DNA of 64,000 nt, taken from NCBI RefSeq assembly GCF_009914755.1, contig NC_060929.1. One strand, written 5' to 3'. Below the pieces are notes generated by a model that was not told the origin of the DNA, did not search any database, and saw only the letters and a program-made list of their open reading frames with translations. Numbering within the stretch: position 1 is the first letter of the stretch; every line of letters starts with the position of its first letter. The DNA comes from the human T2T-CHM13v2.0 reference genome, Homo sapiens. Both the position numbers and the translations under genes were made by a program. Below are positions 26,688 through 40,930 of the stretch, in pieces.

Positions 26688-26792
26688 CCAGCAACCAGGT
26701 GCAGCTCTCAGAGGTTCCACAGAGGAAGCTCAGGGTCCCTGAATCTCCCAGTGTGGCAGAGAAAGTGAAACTTGGTCACCGATGCCTGGAAC
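26688..26792 (+). CDS. Candidate alternative AFAP1L1 exon (105 nt, in frame, phase 1-1)
   Basis: Branch-like cctgAt, pyrimidine tract cctttcctcacctccag, donor AAC|gtgagg, no stop in the AFAP1L1 frame; no transcript evidence available here. Confidence 0.4.
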
Positions 26793-29700
26793 GTGAGGTC
26801 ATATCTAGTCAGTGTCCATCAAAGAGAATATATAAAGGACCAGAAGTTTCAAGGGACACTTCCTAGCCAGGAGCCCTGTAGAGATGGCATTCCAGATGGA
26901 GAAAATCGTGGAAAGAAGAGCCCAGAAGCATGCTCAGAAAGCAAAGCGGGGCAGCATGCCGAGAGCCCAAAAGAGCAGATGGAGGTGACATGGGGCCTCC
27001 ATGTCCTTCCAAAGAGTAGGGATGTATTCTCCCAGTCGCTTACTGGGTGTGTCCCAGTCCTTACAGGTTGTGCGGCTTGCAATCTGTAACTAATAATAGA
27101 GAAAGGAGAGTATGACGACTGAGGGCTCTGGCCGTGGTGTCAAGTTGCCTGGGGTTTGAATCCTGGCTCTACTCCTTTTGTTTAACCCCCTGAGTTTGTC
27201 TCTTCAACTGAAAATGGAGATAACAGTCTCCTATCTACGATGAGGGCTCATTGGATTCATATAGTGAAAGCACTCAGCACATAAGAAGCAGTCAACTTTT
27301 TGAAAAAAGAAAGCAAATGCCTAAAACTCAGGTTTAGAAATGACTGCCTTTCTTAATAAGTTAGAAAGTAATCCAAGTTATCTCTGACACTTTCACCCTC
27401 GCTCCTTGCCTGCCCATCCTGGGAAGGGATGGGATTACGGAGACGTTGGAGATAAGCCACAGGGAGTGCATGGGGCACGTGAGGATCTTTCATCATCTGT
27501 GTCACAAAGGAAAACTGGTGTTCTGGGCCCTGGGGAGCAGTGGATGAGTTGTGAGCAGGAAGAGATTATGATGTGTTGCAATTTGGGGAAATTATTAAAG
27601 CCAGCAGTGAGCTCACATTCGAATGGAAAGGGAGAGATTGGAAAGAGGTGGCCAGTTAGGAGGTAGGGCAAATATCTCAGGTGAGCAGCAGACTGTAAGA
27701 CCAACTCACCTTGATGTTTAAAAGCAGAGATACATAAAACTTTAAACTCTCCACTTTGAGTTAGGGTTAATTGTACACAATTGTTAGTCTAATGCAGAAG
27801 CAGAGAGATATTTGGGGCATTTCAAAACTCAAAACATCCATTTCCATGACTTTTGATCAACGTTTTCTTGGATCCTCAACCCCAATGATGGAGGCAGGAA
27901 TCACCCCGGGGTCTCCTAGAGCCTATTCAGGGGTGGATTCCTGTGGGGCAGGTTCATGGGGGCCTGGCCCAGAACCAAATCCAGGTTTAACACTGAAAGG
28001 TTTCTGCAGGTGAGAGGGAAGGAAAAGAGGGAAGACTTCCTACCTGGGCAGATAGTCAGAGTGGCCATCTGAGCTCAGCTTCCAGCCTCCCACCTAGAAT
28101 ATCTAATCTAGGCCCTGGGTGATTTCCTTTCATCACTGACAACCGCAGCAACATTAGTAATCATAATGAACCCTTACAAGCATGATTCATATGTACCTGG
28201 CATGATGCATACAGTCTTCATACATTGTCTCCCTTTCTTCTTGCCACAACCCTTTGAGGTAAGCACTGTTATTATCTCTGTCTTACATTGAGAAAACAGG
28301 CTTGGTGAAATGATGAAACCTGCCTGGGTGAGGGAAGCCAAATCCCAAGTTTGATGTTGGATACATCTCACCTGGGTTCACAATGCCACAGCTACCTACT
28401 GTACTGACTCCTCCCTAGCCTTCCTGAGGAGGGACTATCCCACCTGGGCTCCATCCCTCTTGAAAGGGACACCTATCTGCCTCTCTTAGTTCAGATTGCT
28501 GGAAAGTTCTTCTATACACCAAACCTAATATTGTGGTCTTGGAACTGTCACTCCTGATCCATGTCTGCTCCCCAAGGCCCCAGCTCCCCAGGTAGCACAT
28601 CTGCTCCACCCCTTCTCTTCTCCCACTCCCAAAGAGCCCTTCTGTTCTTGGAGACATTTGTCAGAGGCAGGATTCATGGGGCCTTCCTAGTCTGTGGTCC
28701 TTTCTATGAATTCCAGGTTGTCACTTAGCCCCTCCCCAGTGCACCTGCTGTGTACCCATTACTGTGCTGAACACTGGGCAGATACTAAGTCAGGCATCAT
28801 CTCAGTCCTCATGGATTCACAGTGGACATCGAACAAGTCATCTACTCTGGCGCATAGAACAGGGGAATCTCACCTGTCCAGGAAGGCTGGATCAGCCTCC
28901 CGGAGGAAGTGGCATCTAAACCAACTCTCAGAGGATAAGCAAGCACTTTCTGGGGTGTGGGGGAGATTTTAGATAATAATCATATCATCAGCTTGGCATG
29001 CATCAGGGACTTCTCTAAGCACTTTATGTAACACCTCACTGGATCCTCACAACAGCCCTGTGAGGAATAAGTATTATTATTATCCAAATTTTGCAGATGT
29101 GGAAACAGACACAGAGAAGTCACTTGCCCAATGTCACACAGCTACCAGGAGGTAGCAGTTGGAGAACAGATTATGCAGAGGAAATGCCGCAAACAAACAG
29201 CACCAGGGTAGGGTCTCAGATATTGCAAATAGGTCAGAAATAGTAAAAAATAATTTTTAAACTCTATTGAATAGAACAAAGCCAACCACATACTCCTATT
29301 AGTGTAGCCTGTGGCATCTGCTGATGATTTTCTGATTCCTTGATCACACTGAGTTTTCTGCAAGCCGATTGTCCACCTAATGCTTTGCTTTTCTGAATGA
29401 GGTGCTATTCAGTCTCTTCTGAATTCTAAATGAGTTCCATTGTTTGATTGGAAGTGGGAGGTAAGAGGATGGCACATTTATATTAATCACAATTTACTGA
29501 TTTATAAAATTTCAGTATACAGGGTGCTCCTGCTTCTCAACAGCATCATCAGCCTTGAGTCTCACAACAGGCCTGTGGAGGTAGGGAGGGCAGTTATGAT
29601 CACCCCACTTTGATGTTGAGGAAATTGAGGTCAGAGACACACAGCGACTTGCCCAAGGTCACACAACCAGTAAGTGTGGAGCTGGGGCTTGAGCCCTGAG

Positions 29701-29914
29701 ATTCTGGCTCCAATGCCTGTGTTTTCTCCAGAGCACCAAAACACAGCGCACTGTGGGAGGTGGAAAGTTTCCAACCCTGGCTCCTATGGCCTCTGGCAAG
29801 TTTAACCTTGCTAGGCCTCAGTTTCCTGTCAGTAAAACTGGGATAAGAGTTCCCACCATATAGGGTTGCTGCAAAGAGCAAATGAGGTAAAGGCACTGAG
29901 TGTTAGGCACAGAG

Positions 29915-30315
29915 AATATTCCTACAATGGAATAGCATGTAACAGTCAAAATGAATGAACACGAAGACAAGCAGCAATATGGATAAATCTTAGCAGCATA
30001 ATATTAAAGAAAAAGTCACAAAAGAGTACCTATAGCACTGTATATTCTTTTAATAAATTTTTAAACTAAAAATTTAAAATAATATTTTCAGGAGTACATC
30101 TGGTTGTACTAAAACTATATAGAGGGGAAAGCAAGGACATGGTGAACACAGCATTCAGGATGATAGTGAGATTGGGCAGGGTAGGCAGGAGGGCGGGATC
30201 ATAAAGTTAGATGTAAGATACTGTCAAGATCCTGGCTTTTGCTTTGAATGGTAAGTTTGTGTGTGCTTACTCCATTATCAAAAATAACTACATAAATAAA
30301 TACCTAAATAAAAAT
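29915..30315 (+). mobile_element. Old L1M (L1ME-like) 3' fragment
   Basis: atattcctacaatggaatagcat...aaaatgaatgaac...gcaatatggataaatcttagcagcataatattaa. Confidence 0.7.
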
Positions 30316-30389
30316 ATGGCATGCATGGGCCTATAATGAGAGTATCTCATGAAGCAAGGATTAGGATTTTTGTCCACCTGAGGTTCTAT

Positions 30390-30699
30390 TTTTATTTATT
30401 TTTATTTATTAATTTATTTGAGATGGAATCTCACACTGTCGCCCAGGCTGGAGTGCAGGGGTGCAATCTTGGCTCATGCAGCCTCCACCTCCTGGGTTCA
30501 AGCGATTCTCCTGCCTCAGCCTCCTGAGTAGCTGGGACTACAGACATGAGGGTTTTTTGTTTTTTTGGTGTTTTTTTTTTTTTTTTGTATTTTTAGTACA
30601 TGTTAGCCAGGCTGGTCTCAAACACCTGACCTCAAGTGATCCGCCCACCTCAGCCTCCCAAAGTGCTGGGATTACAGGCGTGAGCCACCTCACCCGGCC
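30390..30699 (-). mobile_element. AluS, antisense, with internal deletions around the linker
   Basis: Alu arms recognisable; linker expanded to T-rich sequence; TSD-like tgaggt(t/c)ctatttt on both sides. Confidence 0.92.
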
Positions 30700-31044
30700 A
30701 TGAGGTCCTATTTTTTAAAAGAAGTAAAAGTGTAAGGCACAGTACCCATCATATAGGAAGTGTTCAATACATCTTGGCTGTTATTATTAGATAGCTTTAT
30801 TATTATTGATTATATCATCCACATACCCCTAGTCAGAGGCTTTGCTGTCAGCCCGGGGAGGTTGATGAGATGGGTCCCCAAACTCAGACATCTCAAAAGC
30901 AGAAATCCCCAGCCTCACCTAGGCCTCAGGCCAGACATCCGACCTGGTGAATGAACATCAGTTGGGGAATGGTCAGAGGAGCTCACTGCTGGTTCCAGCA
31001 AGCTTTGCAGGTAGGAGACACCTATGAAAAGAAGGCCAGAAGGT

Positions 31045-31262
31045 ACGCTAGTGCTGCGATTGAAAGCTTAGGCTCTGGAATGAGGTCTAGGTTTGAATCT
31101 TAACCTGCCAACTGTGTGCCTTTAGACAAATGACAGTGCCTCTCTGAGCCTCACTTGGCTCATGTGTAAACGCAGGCAAAAACAGAACCTACCTCACAGG
31201 GTCATTATGAGGAGTAAGTGAGGTAATCCATGCAAAATGCTTAGCACAACATCTGGAACATC
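31045..31262 (+). mobile_element. MIR SINE
   Basis: ggctctggaa...ggtttgaatct...tgtgtgccttt...ctctctgagcctca...acctacctcacagggtcattatgagga...aatgcttagcaca. Confidence 0.75.
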
Positions 31263-32768
31263 ACTTTAGCACTTGAAAATACTACCTGCTTTTACCATCA
31301 GGCATCCCAGATTACTCCCTGGGACTACTCTGCTTCCCCACGCCATTGGTGAAGGAGGCGGTGCAGGACGCTGGATGCGGAAACAGCTGCCATCTTGTGT
31401 GAGGAGTGCGCGTGTGTGTCACAGTTTTTCACTTCCTCCTGGACCCATTTCCTTTGTGAGCTCAACAGGGAGGAATCCGCAGACAAAGGAACAATTCTGG
31501 GAGAGCCCAGTCCCACAGCCAAAAGCTGTTTCCTCAGAAGCGGGTGGCCTTCCTCTACCCCCTCCTGTGTGGTCTGGAAATGCCTTGGGGAGAAGAAGTT
31601 GTGGCTTCCCTGGAGGCCCAGAGCTGAGAAACAAAATGCCCCAAGTGACAGCCCTCCTGGTGGAGGACAAGAACCTGGGCAGAGCTGATGCGAGTAAGGC
31701 CATTGAGGATGTGGGGCTTCCCTGAGCCTGTCACCCTAGCCTGACTCCTGGGAAGAGTGGCTCCCAGAAACTCTCCATGACCACCCTGTCTTCCTGAAAT
31801 AACAGTGCATCAAAGAATGGTACTCTACCATCTCTAACAATAATCCCTACGATTTACCAGCCTTTTCCCAGCCATTCCTCATTTCCCCCTCACACAAACC
31901 TGTGCATGGGCTTTCTAAGCCCCTTCTTACAGAAGAGGAAGATGATTCTGAGGGGGTTAAATAACTCATCCGAAATTACGTACGGGCAAATGGGAGGAGT
32001 TAGAGCCCAAACCAAGTCCTCCAAGTCCCAAATTCTTCCCACTATTTTTTGCCTTCTCCCTTCTTATGAATGCTTTTGTGTTTCTATCCTGTGGAGTCAA
32101 ATTTGTACTATTCTCTTAAGCATAAAAGGATATTCAGTTTCCTGCAATCGCTGTAATTAACACACACAAAAGTCTTCCAAGGTGACCTCACTGCCTCTGC
32201 CGTCCCTCACACAGGGGCTATATTTAACTCTTGGAAAGTACTAAGACGAAGGCATTGGCTTTGCAGCTGGGTTTTTTTTTTTCTGCCCCTTTGTCATTCT
32301 TTTCCAGCCCGCATGTACAGTGGGCTTCCCTATCCAAGCTGGGACAACAGGAAGTGTTTGTCTTAGTGATAAACAATGCGAGTCCAACCAGTGCCGTCTC
32401 CTTCTACATTCTGCCCACTGTTTGGCCTTCACTTGGACTCAGAGAAGTGCTTGTAAATTCAGAGGAAGGAAGGGAGATGTCCTGATAGCCCCAGCTGGGT
32501 AGATTTGCAACAACTTGGAAGAGTCTGTGGGCAGGGGAAGGAGAGATTTCTCAACCCAGGAAGTGAAGGGCAGTTCTGCCAGCCTCACCTGAGGAGCTGG
32601 TGACCGCTCTGCGGAGTAAACCCAGAGCTGGACACAGACAGAAAAAGCATCCTGAAGGAAAACTGGGGGAGGCATAACAACTAGATCCTCCAGTATTCTC
32701 ATTCTAGCATCCTCAGTTTCCACATGTGTAAGTGGGGGTAATCCACCTTATTGTAAGACTTAATTTAT

Positions 32769-33090
<322 letters not shown>

Positions 33091-34080
33091 TTAAAGCAGA
33101 ATACGTCTTATAGTAGTAATGGAAGAGTAATGGAGATAGCTAACATTTACTGAGAGCTTACTATGTGCCAGACTCTGTTCGAGGCACATTCACATGTGTC
33201 GGGGCCTGTTCCCGCTAGTGAGGTAGATATGCTCACGTTACTGATGGTGTACATGAGGCACAGGTAGTTACGGGAGTGCCCCAGAGGTACACAGTTTGGA
33301 AATTGGGGAACAGGAATTAAACTCAGGTGGTTTAGGTTGCTCAATATCTGTTATCATTATTTCTGAATGTATATGTTAGAATTAAAATCCACCAACTACA
33401 AAATGTGCATCACTAAATCAATTGGCAGCCGTATTCATGTGAGGGATATAAGTTGAACAAAATAGAGCATTTGGGAGCCTAGCCAAGTGAAAAATTGGTC
33501 TTTTGCTTCCTTTTACATGCTGAGGGTACTTTTTGTTGCCTGATTTTTTTTTTCTTTTTTTCAAGCATCTCTTTACTATACTGAGCCACTATAAGGCCAG
33601 ACATGGTTTTAAAATCACATTAACTAGCCGTTAGACTTTATCAACTCTTAAAAGAAAATAAAGTTTGCTCCAAGAATTTATTGTTCCATGTATACTTAAA
33701 CATTTGCACTATGTTTGGCGCTAGCCAAAGCTGGCAATGTTCGTGCACTCAAGGAACTCAGGCTTAAGTTGGGGAAAGTGACCATCATCAAAAAATACAT
33801 AAGTAAATACAAAATCTTGCCATGTGAAGTGCCACAGGGAGAGATACTTGATGCTACCATGGCATAAAATGGGGGGAGTAGGTGCAGTGAAGAGAACAAG
33901 GAAGGTATCCCTGAGGAAGTCAGGATTGAGTAGAGAGCTAAAGAGGATGTTACTGGCTGGCAGCGGAAGGGAGTTCTGATAGGCAAAAAGAACAGCTCTT
34001 CAAAGTCCCTGAGTTGAGAGGCGAGGAACAGAGCGTGAGGACAGCCTGGAAGGAGGTGTCTCTGGAAAAGCCTACAGGGT

Positions 34081-34405
<325 letters not shown>

Positions 34406-36559
34406 TCACAGAAAAGGCTGCTCTTCCTTTCCTTCACCCTACCCAAGCACTGAGCTCACATCTGATCAGCATACTGCTTTTCTTTCCAGGGCGACTTGCC
34501 TCCCCACTGGTACTGTGGGTCATACCCCACTGATATGTTAACACAGTATGCAGAAAGTTAACTCTAAAATCATGATCAGAAATGTTCAAAGTAAGGCACT
34601 GGTTCTTTCTCCAGAACAGGAGCCTTTATGAGATGGAAATTGGGTCATTTTCCTTTGCATAAGAAAGGAAATTTGAGTAAATCAAAAGAAAAATTGTAGA
34701 CCCTTCATAAAACCACAGTCTCACAGTGGTCTTTTTCCTTTTTTAAATGGTGCTAGTTGCATTTACTCTGACTTTGAAAACAAAGAAGGATAAGTTATCT
34801 TTGTGATCTCTGTAAAGAGGCTGGTCAAATAGTGAGGTGGGGAAAAGAGAAGTTGTATATTTTCCTATGGCTTTGCATTTAATGAATTTGTAATTTGCAA
34901 GCTGTTTCCAAGCATTTTTGTACGCTCCAGAGTCTGAAAGGTACACAGGAATGAGATCATGAGTCCAAGTGCCCAGCACTGGGCCTAGTTTGATAGGAGC
35001 CAATACAGGGTTTATTATTCTTGTGACTTGCTGATATTTAATTACTCACTTGTCTTTTGTTATGAACTCGTTATCTTTGCGATCTCTAAATAAATCTGAC
35101 CTTCTGAGCACTAGTGTCCTTTCTGGTTGTGATAAATACCTCTTGCTTTTCACTCAGGCTGCATCAGGGATGTGAACCAGGTAGCAAGTGGTAGTACTTT
35201 TTATTGGTAGCTTAATTTCTGCTATCTAACATCTTATTTTGATTTCAGTCATGTGGGGAGGAGTGAGGAGAAGATAGAAAAGTGATCTTACTCTTAGTTG
35301 GGCACTCACCAGGAACAATAAGCATTTAACAGCCTAATCTTAGATATATTTTAAATAGGTTTCTAAATTTATTTGAAAAACTTTTTTGCAACCCAGAGAA
35401 TAATTATCCTTCATCTTGGGTTTCTGAGCCTCCGTCTCACTTAAAAGATTGAAAACTTATAAACGATGATTAGTCCATTTCTTCCTGTTGTATCTTTTTC
35501 TCATCATTGGAATTCACTGTACCTCCCTAAGACTCAACTAAACCAAGCAAGATAGATGGAATTTATTCGTGGTTCTAAATAAACTGGAGACATAAAGACA
35601 GTTCTGTCCTCATGCCTGAGTCTGCCAAGAGCAAAGACAGGAGATGGGGGCAGCTTAGGAATTGGGAACAAAGTTTTTCCTGACCGGGGACAGCAAGGAC
35701 CCAGGATTCCTGGGTTGCGTTACTACCCCTCTGTCTAGAAGATATTGTCTCCTCACCTTGCGTGGAGGGGGTCCTTGGAATGTGAGCACTCTGAGGGAAG
35801 GGGCTTCGCCAGCTCCTTGTGCCACAGCCATCCCAAGCTCAGTGTCAGGGCCAGAGCCATGAATAGTTCACAGGATGAGGCTTGCAGAGTCCCACCATGC
35901 CCTCTTGTCCCTGTACCATCCTCCTTTGTGCCTACCACTTCCCCTGAAACTCCATGGGGCGATCACAGATGAGTGAAGAGAGCAGCCATCGAGTGCCTGA
36001 GCACCATACACATCAGTTCATTTCATCTTCACCGTGACCTTGTGAAGCAGCTACTGTGATCACCCCCACTGTTTGCAGATGAAGAATCAGAAGCTTAGGA
36101 AAGTTTAGAAATTTCCCCCAGAGGCTCACAGCTAGAAAATGACAGAGCTGGGAGGGGAGCCCAAATTCTCCAAGCCTGTGCTTTTAGCCACTCTTCCATG
36201 ACTTATCTTAAGCATCAAGCTTTGTGTTAGTATTGTGTGAACTTAACACAAAATACTTTTTCCCCCAACTGGTTGTGTGACCATAACTAAGTTAAATAAC
36301 CTCTTGGACACTCACTTGCTACATGTTTAATATAAGAGGATTAGACTAGGCCATCAAAATATTGTATTCATTGAGTAAATGTTCATTGGACATCTACTGT
36401 GTACTGATTGAAACACAGACCCTGTCCTCCTGGAGCCTATTAGAACTATAGCAAATCTGTTCCTAATGCTATCTGATCAATACTGTGGAGTCTCCATAGT
36501 TGTGGAAAGTATTAGAAAATAACAACAATGACAAAACAACATGCAATATGGCTATCATT

Positions 36560-36790
36560 TAGTGAATGTTTGTTCGAAGCACGGTGCCATGCAAAGTGCT
36601 TCACAAGCATAACCTTACCTAGTTTTCCAGCCCTATGCGGTTGGGATCCTATTATTCTCATTTTGCCTGTCATAAAACCAGGGCTCAAAATTTCTAATGT
36701 GCCCATCATTGCACAGCTCAGAAGTGGCAGTGCAAGAATCCCAATATACATGGGTCCGACCCCAGAGCCCTAGCCACTGCACTATTCTAA
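36560..36790 (-). mobile_element. MIR SINE
   Basis: gctatcatttagtgaatg...aagtgcttcaca...ccctatgcggttggg...attattctcattttgc...gcccatcattgcacagct. Confidence 0.65.
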
Positions 36791-38332
36791 GCAAGACTCC
36801 ATGCTCCAGCTATTTGTAATCTTCAGGGGCTCCTATTCCCACCTTGATTCTCAGTTATTTCAGAAGAGGATAACTAATGATATTTTTTTAAGGAATAGGA
36901 GAGGTTTTCCCACATTCCTTATGTCCTCTGTAGCATATTTTTTCTGGTGGAGTATTTTGCAGAGGTTGAACCTTGGACTGCCCCCATCAGAATCACTTGG
37001 AGTACTTGTAAAAATGCAAGTTCCTGGATCCAGGACAGGCCTAGCAAATTAGACTTTCTGGATAGGAGGTCTGGGAATGTGCATTTCCAACAATCCCGCT
37101 GGAGGAGTCTTTTCTTACTAAAAATCGAAGTTACTGTCCTGTTGGTATCACTTTTCATATGCCTTATACCCATACGACCTCTCCAATTTAAATTCTATAA
37201 TGTTTTAAATCTCTTTGGTTTGAATTCTCTAAAATTAAAGATGAAGCTGTCATCAGACTTCTGTATTCACTGTGATTGAAAGCTAGCTTCTTAGGGTGAG
37301 CTCTGTATTGTTCTGGAAGAGCCCAGCACTGGCTGAAAGGTTTCTTACATCCGTGATGTATATCGGGTTTTCTCTGGGATGAGATCCCTGCTGTTAATTC
37401 AGGTATTTGCTTTCAGTGGTCTATTTTTTTTCTATGAGATCTTCACAGCTGAAGTTCTGAAGTTCAAACAGGCCCAGTGGGGAGAGGGCCTTCACGCAGG
37501 AATTTCAGCCTCACGGTGAGGGTTTCTACCCACAGGTAAAGGTATCCCCAGATCAGGAGCCCCATGAAGTCATGGCCCAGAGCACTCCACTGGAGGGCTG
37601 TGAGAGGAAGCCCAGTATTCACATCTGCCCACCTCCCCCAGCCCCAGCCTGGCCTCCTAGCCTCTGCTGCACTGAGCTGGGCTGAAGTCTTCTGATGGAG
37701 CATTCAGATGTGGGGTCAGACAGGCCAGGGTTCAAAGCCTGACTTTACTGCTTACTGGCTGAGTAACTTCACTTCTCTGAGCCTCCATTTCCTCCTTTGT
37801 AGGGCGCTGGAGGATTAGATGAGATAATGTGCATTAACTGCCCAGCACAGGGTAACTGCTCAGCTCCAGCGAAAGACTTGCAGGTTCAGTGCAAGCTGTG
37901 CTTTGCCCCATGGTTCCCCTCCCTCTGCCCCTGCTGCCTGCCAGATCCGTTCAGGTCGCAGAAACCCCACCAGGACTGGCAGCCCCTCATTCTCCATCTG
38001 CTTCTCTCAGATGCATTCAGTCCCTTTCTTCTCCTTTGGTCTGTTTGAACTTTGGTGATCAAATCTCAGTTAAAGGAAGAGCACTTAGATGTCAAGGTCC
38101 CATGTTAAGAATCCCATCAAAGACCAGGAAGGAAACAAAAAAGGTATTACAAAGCTTGGGTGCGAGAGCTCAGGTTTTTAAATGCAGAGCGCTCATGCAG
38201 AACCAAACTGTTCTTACTTTAGAAACGACTATAGCAAACCTTAAATTAGAAGCAGTAGAGCATTTAGAAGCCAGAAAGCTGCCACCCATAGGCATTTACT
38301 GATAGCAACAAGAAATTGCTGGAACCTCACAG

Positions 38333-38490
38333 CAAAAAGAAAGAAAGAGAGACAGAAGGAAAGAAAGAAACAAAAGAAGGGAGAGAGGGAAAAATAAAAC
38401 GAAAAAAGAAAAAGAGGGAGGGAGAATGGAGAGAAAGAGGAAGGGAGGGAAGTGGGGAAGGAGGGAAGGAAGGAAGGGAGGGAAGAACAG
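38333..38490 (+). repeat. GA-rich polypurine low-complexity tract
   Basis: ~155 nt almost entirely A/G (GAAA, GGAA, GGGA units). Confidence 0.9.
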
Positions 38491-38539
38491 ATTTAAAAAT
38501 CCCAAAAAGTTTTGCAATCCTTAGTCGTTCATTGGCGGG

Positions 38540-39212
<673 letters not shown>

Positions 39213-39551
39213 TATAGGGATAAACAGCCCAGTGCACCCCTGAGCCATAACATCCTGTGGGAGAGCAGAGAGGTATCATGTGCTTTTGAATGTGAGTCGT
39301 GGCTGCAGGGCCACAGGAGGGCTCCCAGGCCACCTGTGGCTGCCTTCTTGCATCTGCCGTTGCCTCCCTTGTGAGTAATTACCTATGAGGGAATACGCAT
39401 GTTTGTGTGTATGAGACAGAGAGAGAATGCGCGTTGGGACAGTTGGAACAATCTCTTATTCATTTTTTCTAAGCCCTGCCCAGGGGCCAGGCTGACACAT
39501 AGTTAGTGCTCAGTAAATGTTTTGGAATTGAGTTAACCAACATTTAGTGTA

Positions 39552-39923
39552 TGTATTAGTCTGTTTTCATGCTGCTAATAAAGACTAATAAATAAATACC
39601 TGAGACTGGGTAATTTATAAAGGAAAGAGGCTTAATTGACTCACAATTCATCATGGCTGGGGAGGCCTCAGGAAACTTACAATCATGTCAGAAGGGGAAG
39701 CAAACACATCCTTCACATGGTGGCAACAAGGAGAGATGCCAAGAAAAAAGGGGAAAAGCCCCTTATAAAACCATCAGGTCTCACTATCACGAGAACAGCA
39801 GCACAGGGGTAACCACCTCCATGATTCAGTTACCTCCCACTGGGTCTCTCCCATGATACGTGGGGATTCTGGGAGCAACAATTCAAGGTGAGATTTGGGT
39901 GGGGACACAGCCAAGCCATATCA
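39552..39923 (-). mobile_element. THE1C/D-type (MaLR) solo LTR, antisense to AFAP1L1
   Basis: tgtattagtctgttttcatgctgc...ggaggcctcaggaaacttacaatcatg...gatttgggtggggacacagccaagccatatca; TG...CA ends; 5-bp TSD gtgta/gtgtg. Confidence 0.92.
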
Positions 39924-40719
39924 GTGTGTCTGTTGAGGGCGCTAGAGAGGTTTGTTATTCCATTTGAAAAGATTTCCTTGAAAACAGCTAAAGTTTGGCT
40001 AAAATGATTTTAAATAATTACCTGCTTTAAAGAGGGAAACATATTCATCCAGAACCTGTGTTTATTTGATATGGCAGGGCCCAGGCCCTGGAGGCAGCAG
40101 GACCTCCAGGCGCCTTTCGCCTGGGCTCTGGAGGCAAGCAGTGACCCCCCAGAGCTGTGCCACTCTGATCCCTAGGGATCACACAGACTTAGAATCAGTC
40201 TGGCTCTACCTCTCAAGCTGTGCCACTATCCCATAGCTGCCACAGCCTCAGCGTCATCTTCTGAAAAAAAAGGCATCCCAATAGGACTGCTCACAGATGT
40301 GCCCTGGGGATTGGATGGAAACACGCACAGAAAGCCCCTCCCTCAGTGTCTAGCAGCTGAGAGTGCACATGAGATAGGAGCTGTCCACATCAACCTTCAG
40401 CTCATTGTCAACGAGTTTGGGGTGATGATGGATTTTGCCACAGAGAGACTGCAGCATCATGTTTTCCTAACAAGGGTCACTATCTATACATAAGATTTAT
40501 ATTTAAAAGAAGGTCCTAGTGTGGTCATCTGTTCATTCCTGTCTTGTCAGACACATGAAGAGCACCCACACTGAGCAGGCCCCAGACCAGATGATAAGTA
40601 AGCAGAGAGTCACAGTCCAGTCCACGCCTGCTAGAGCCTCACAGCCTGCCAAGGGAGGCAGACACTCAGGGATCAGCACAGATCAGTGTAGTAAATTCTT
40701 CAGTGACAGCAAGAATAGC

Positions 40720-40930
40720 TGACTTGTGGTGAGCATTCACTCTGTGCTGGGCAAGGCCCTTTGCATGTCTGGTGTCATTAATTCTCACAGCCACCCTATG
40801 AGGCAGGTGCTGTTATTATCCTCCGCCTTTACAGGAGGAAACTGAGGAACCCATAGGGTAAGTGATTGGCTAGTGAATGATAGGGCCTGAATTTGAACCC
40901 AGGTGATCTGGCTCCAGGGCCTGTTCTCTT
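40720..40930 (-). mobile_element. MIR SINE
   Basis: attctcacagccaccctatgaggcaggtgctgttattatcctcc...acaggaggaaactgagg...atttgaacccagg. Confidence 0.8.
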
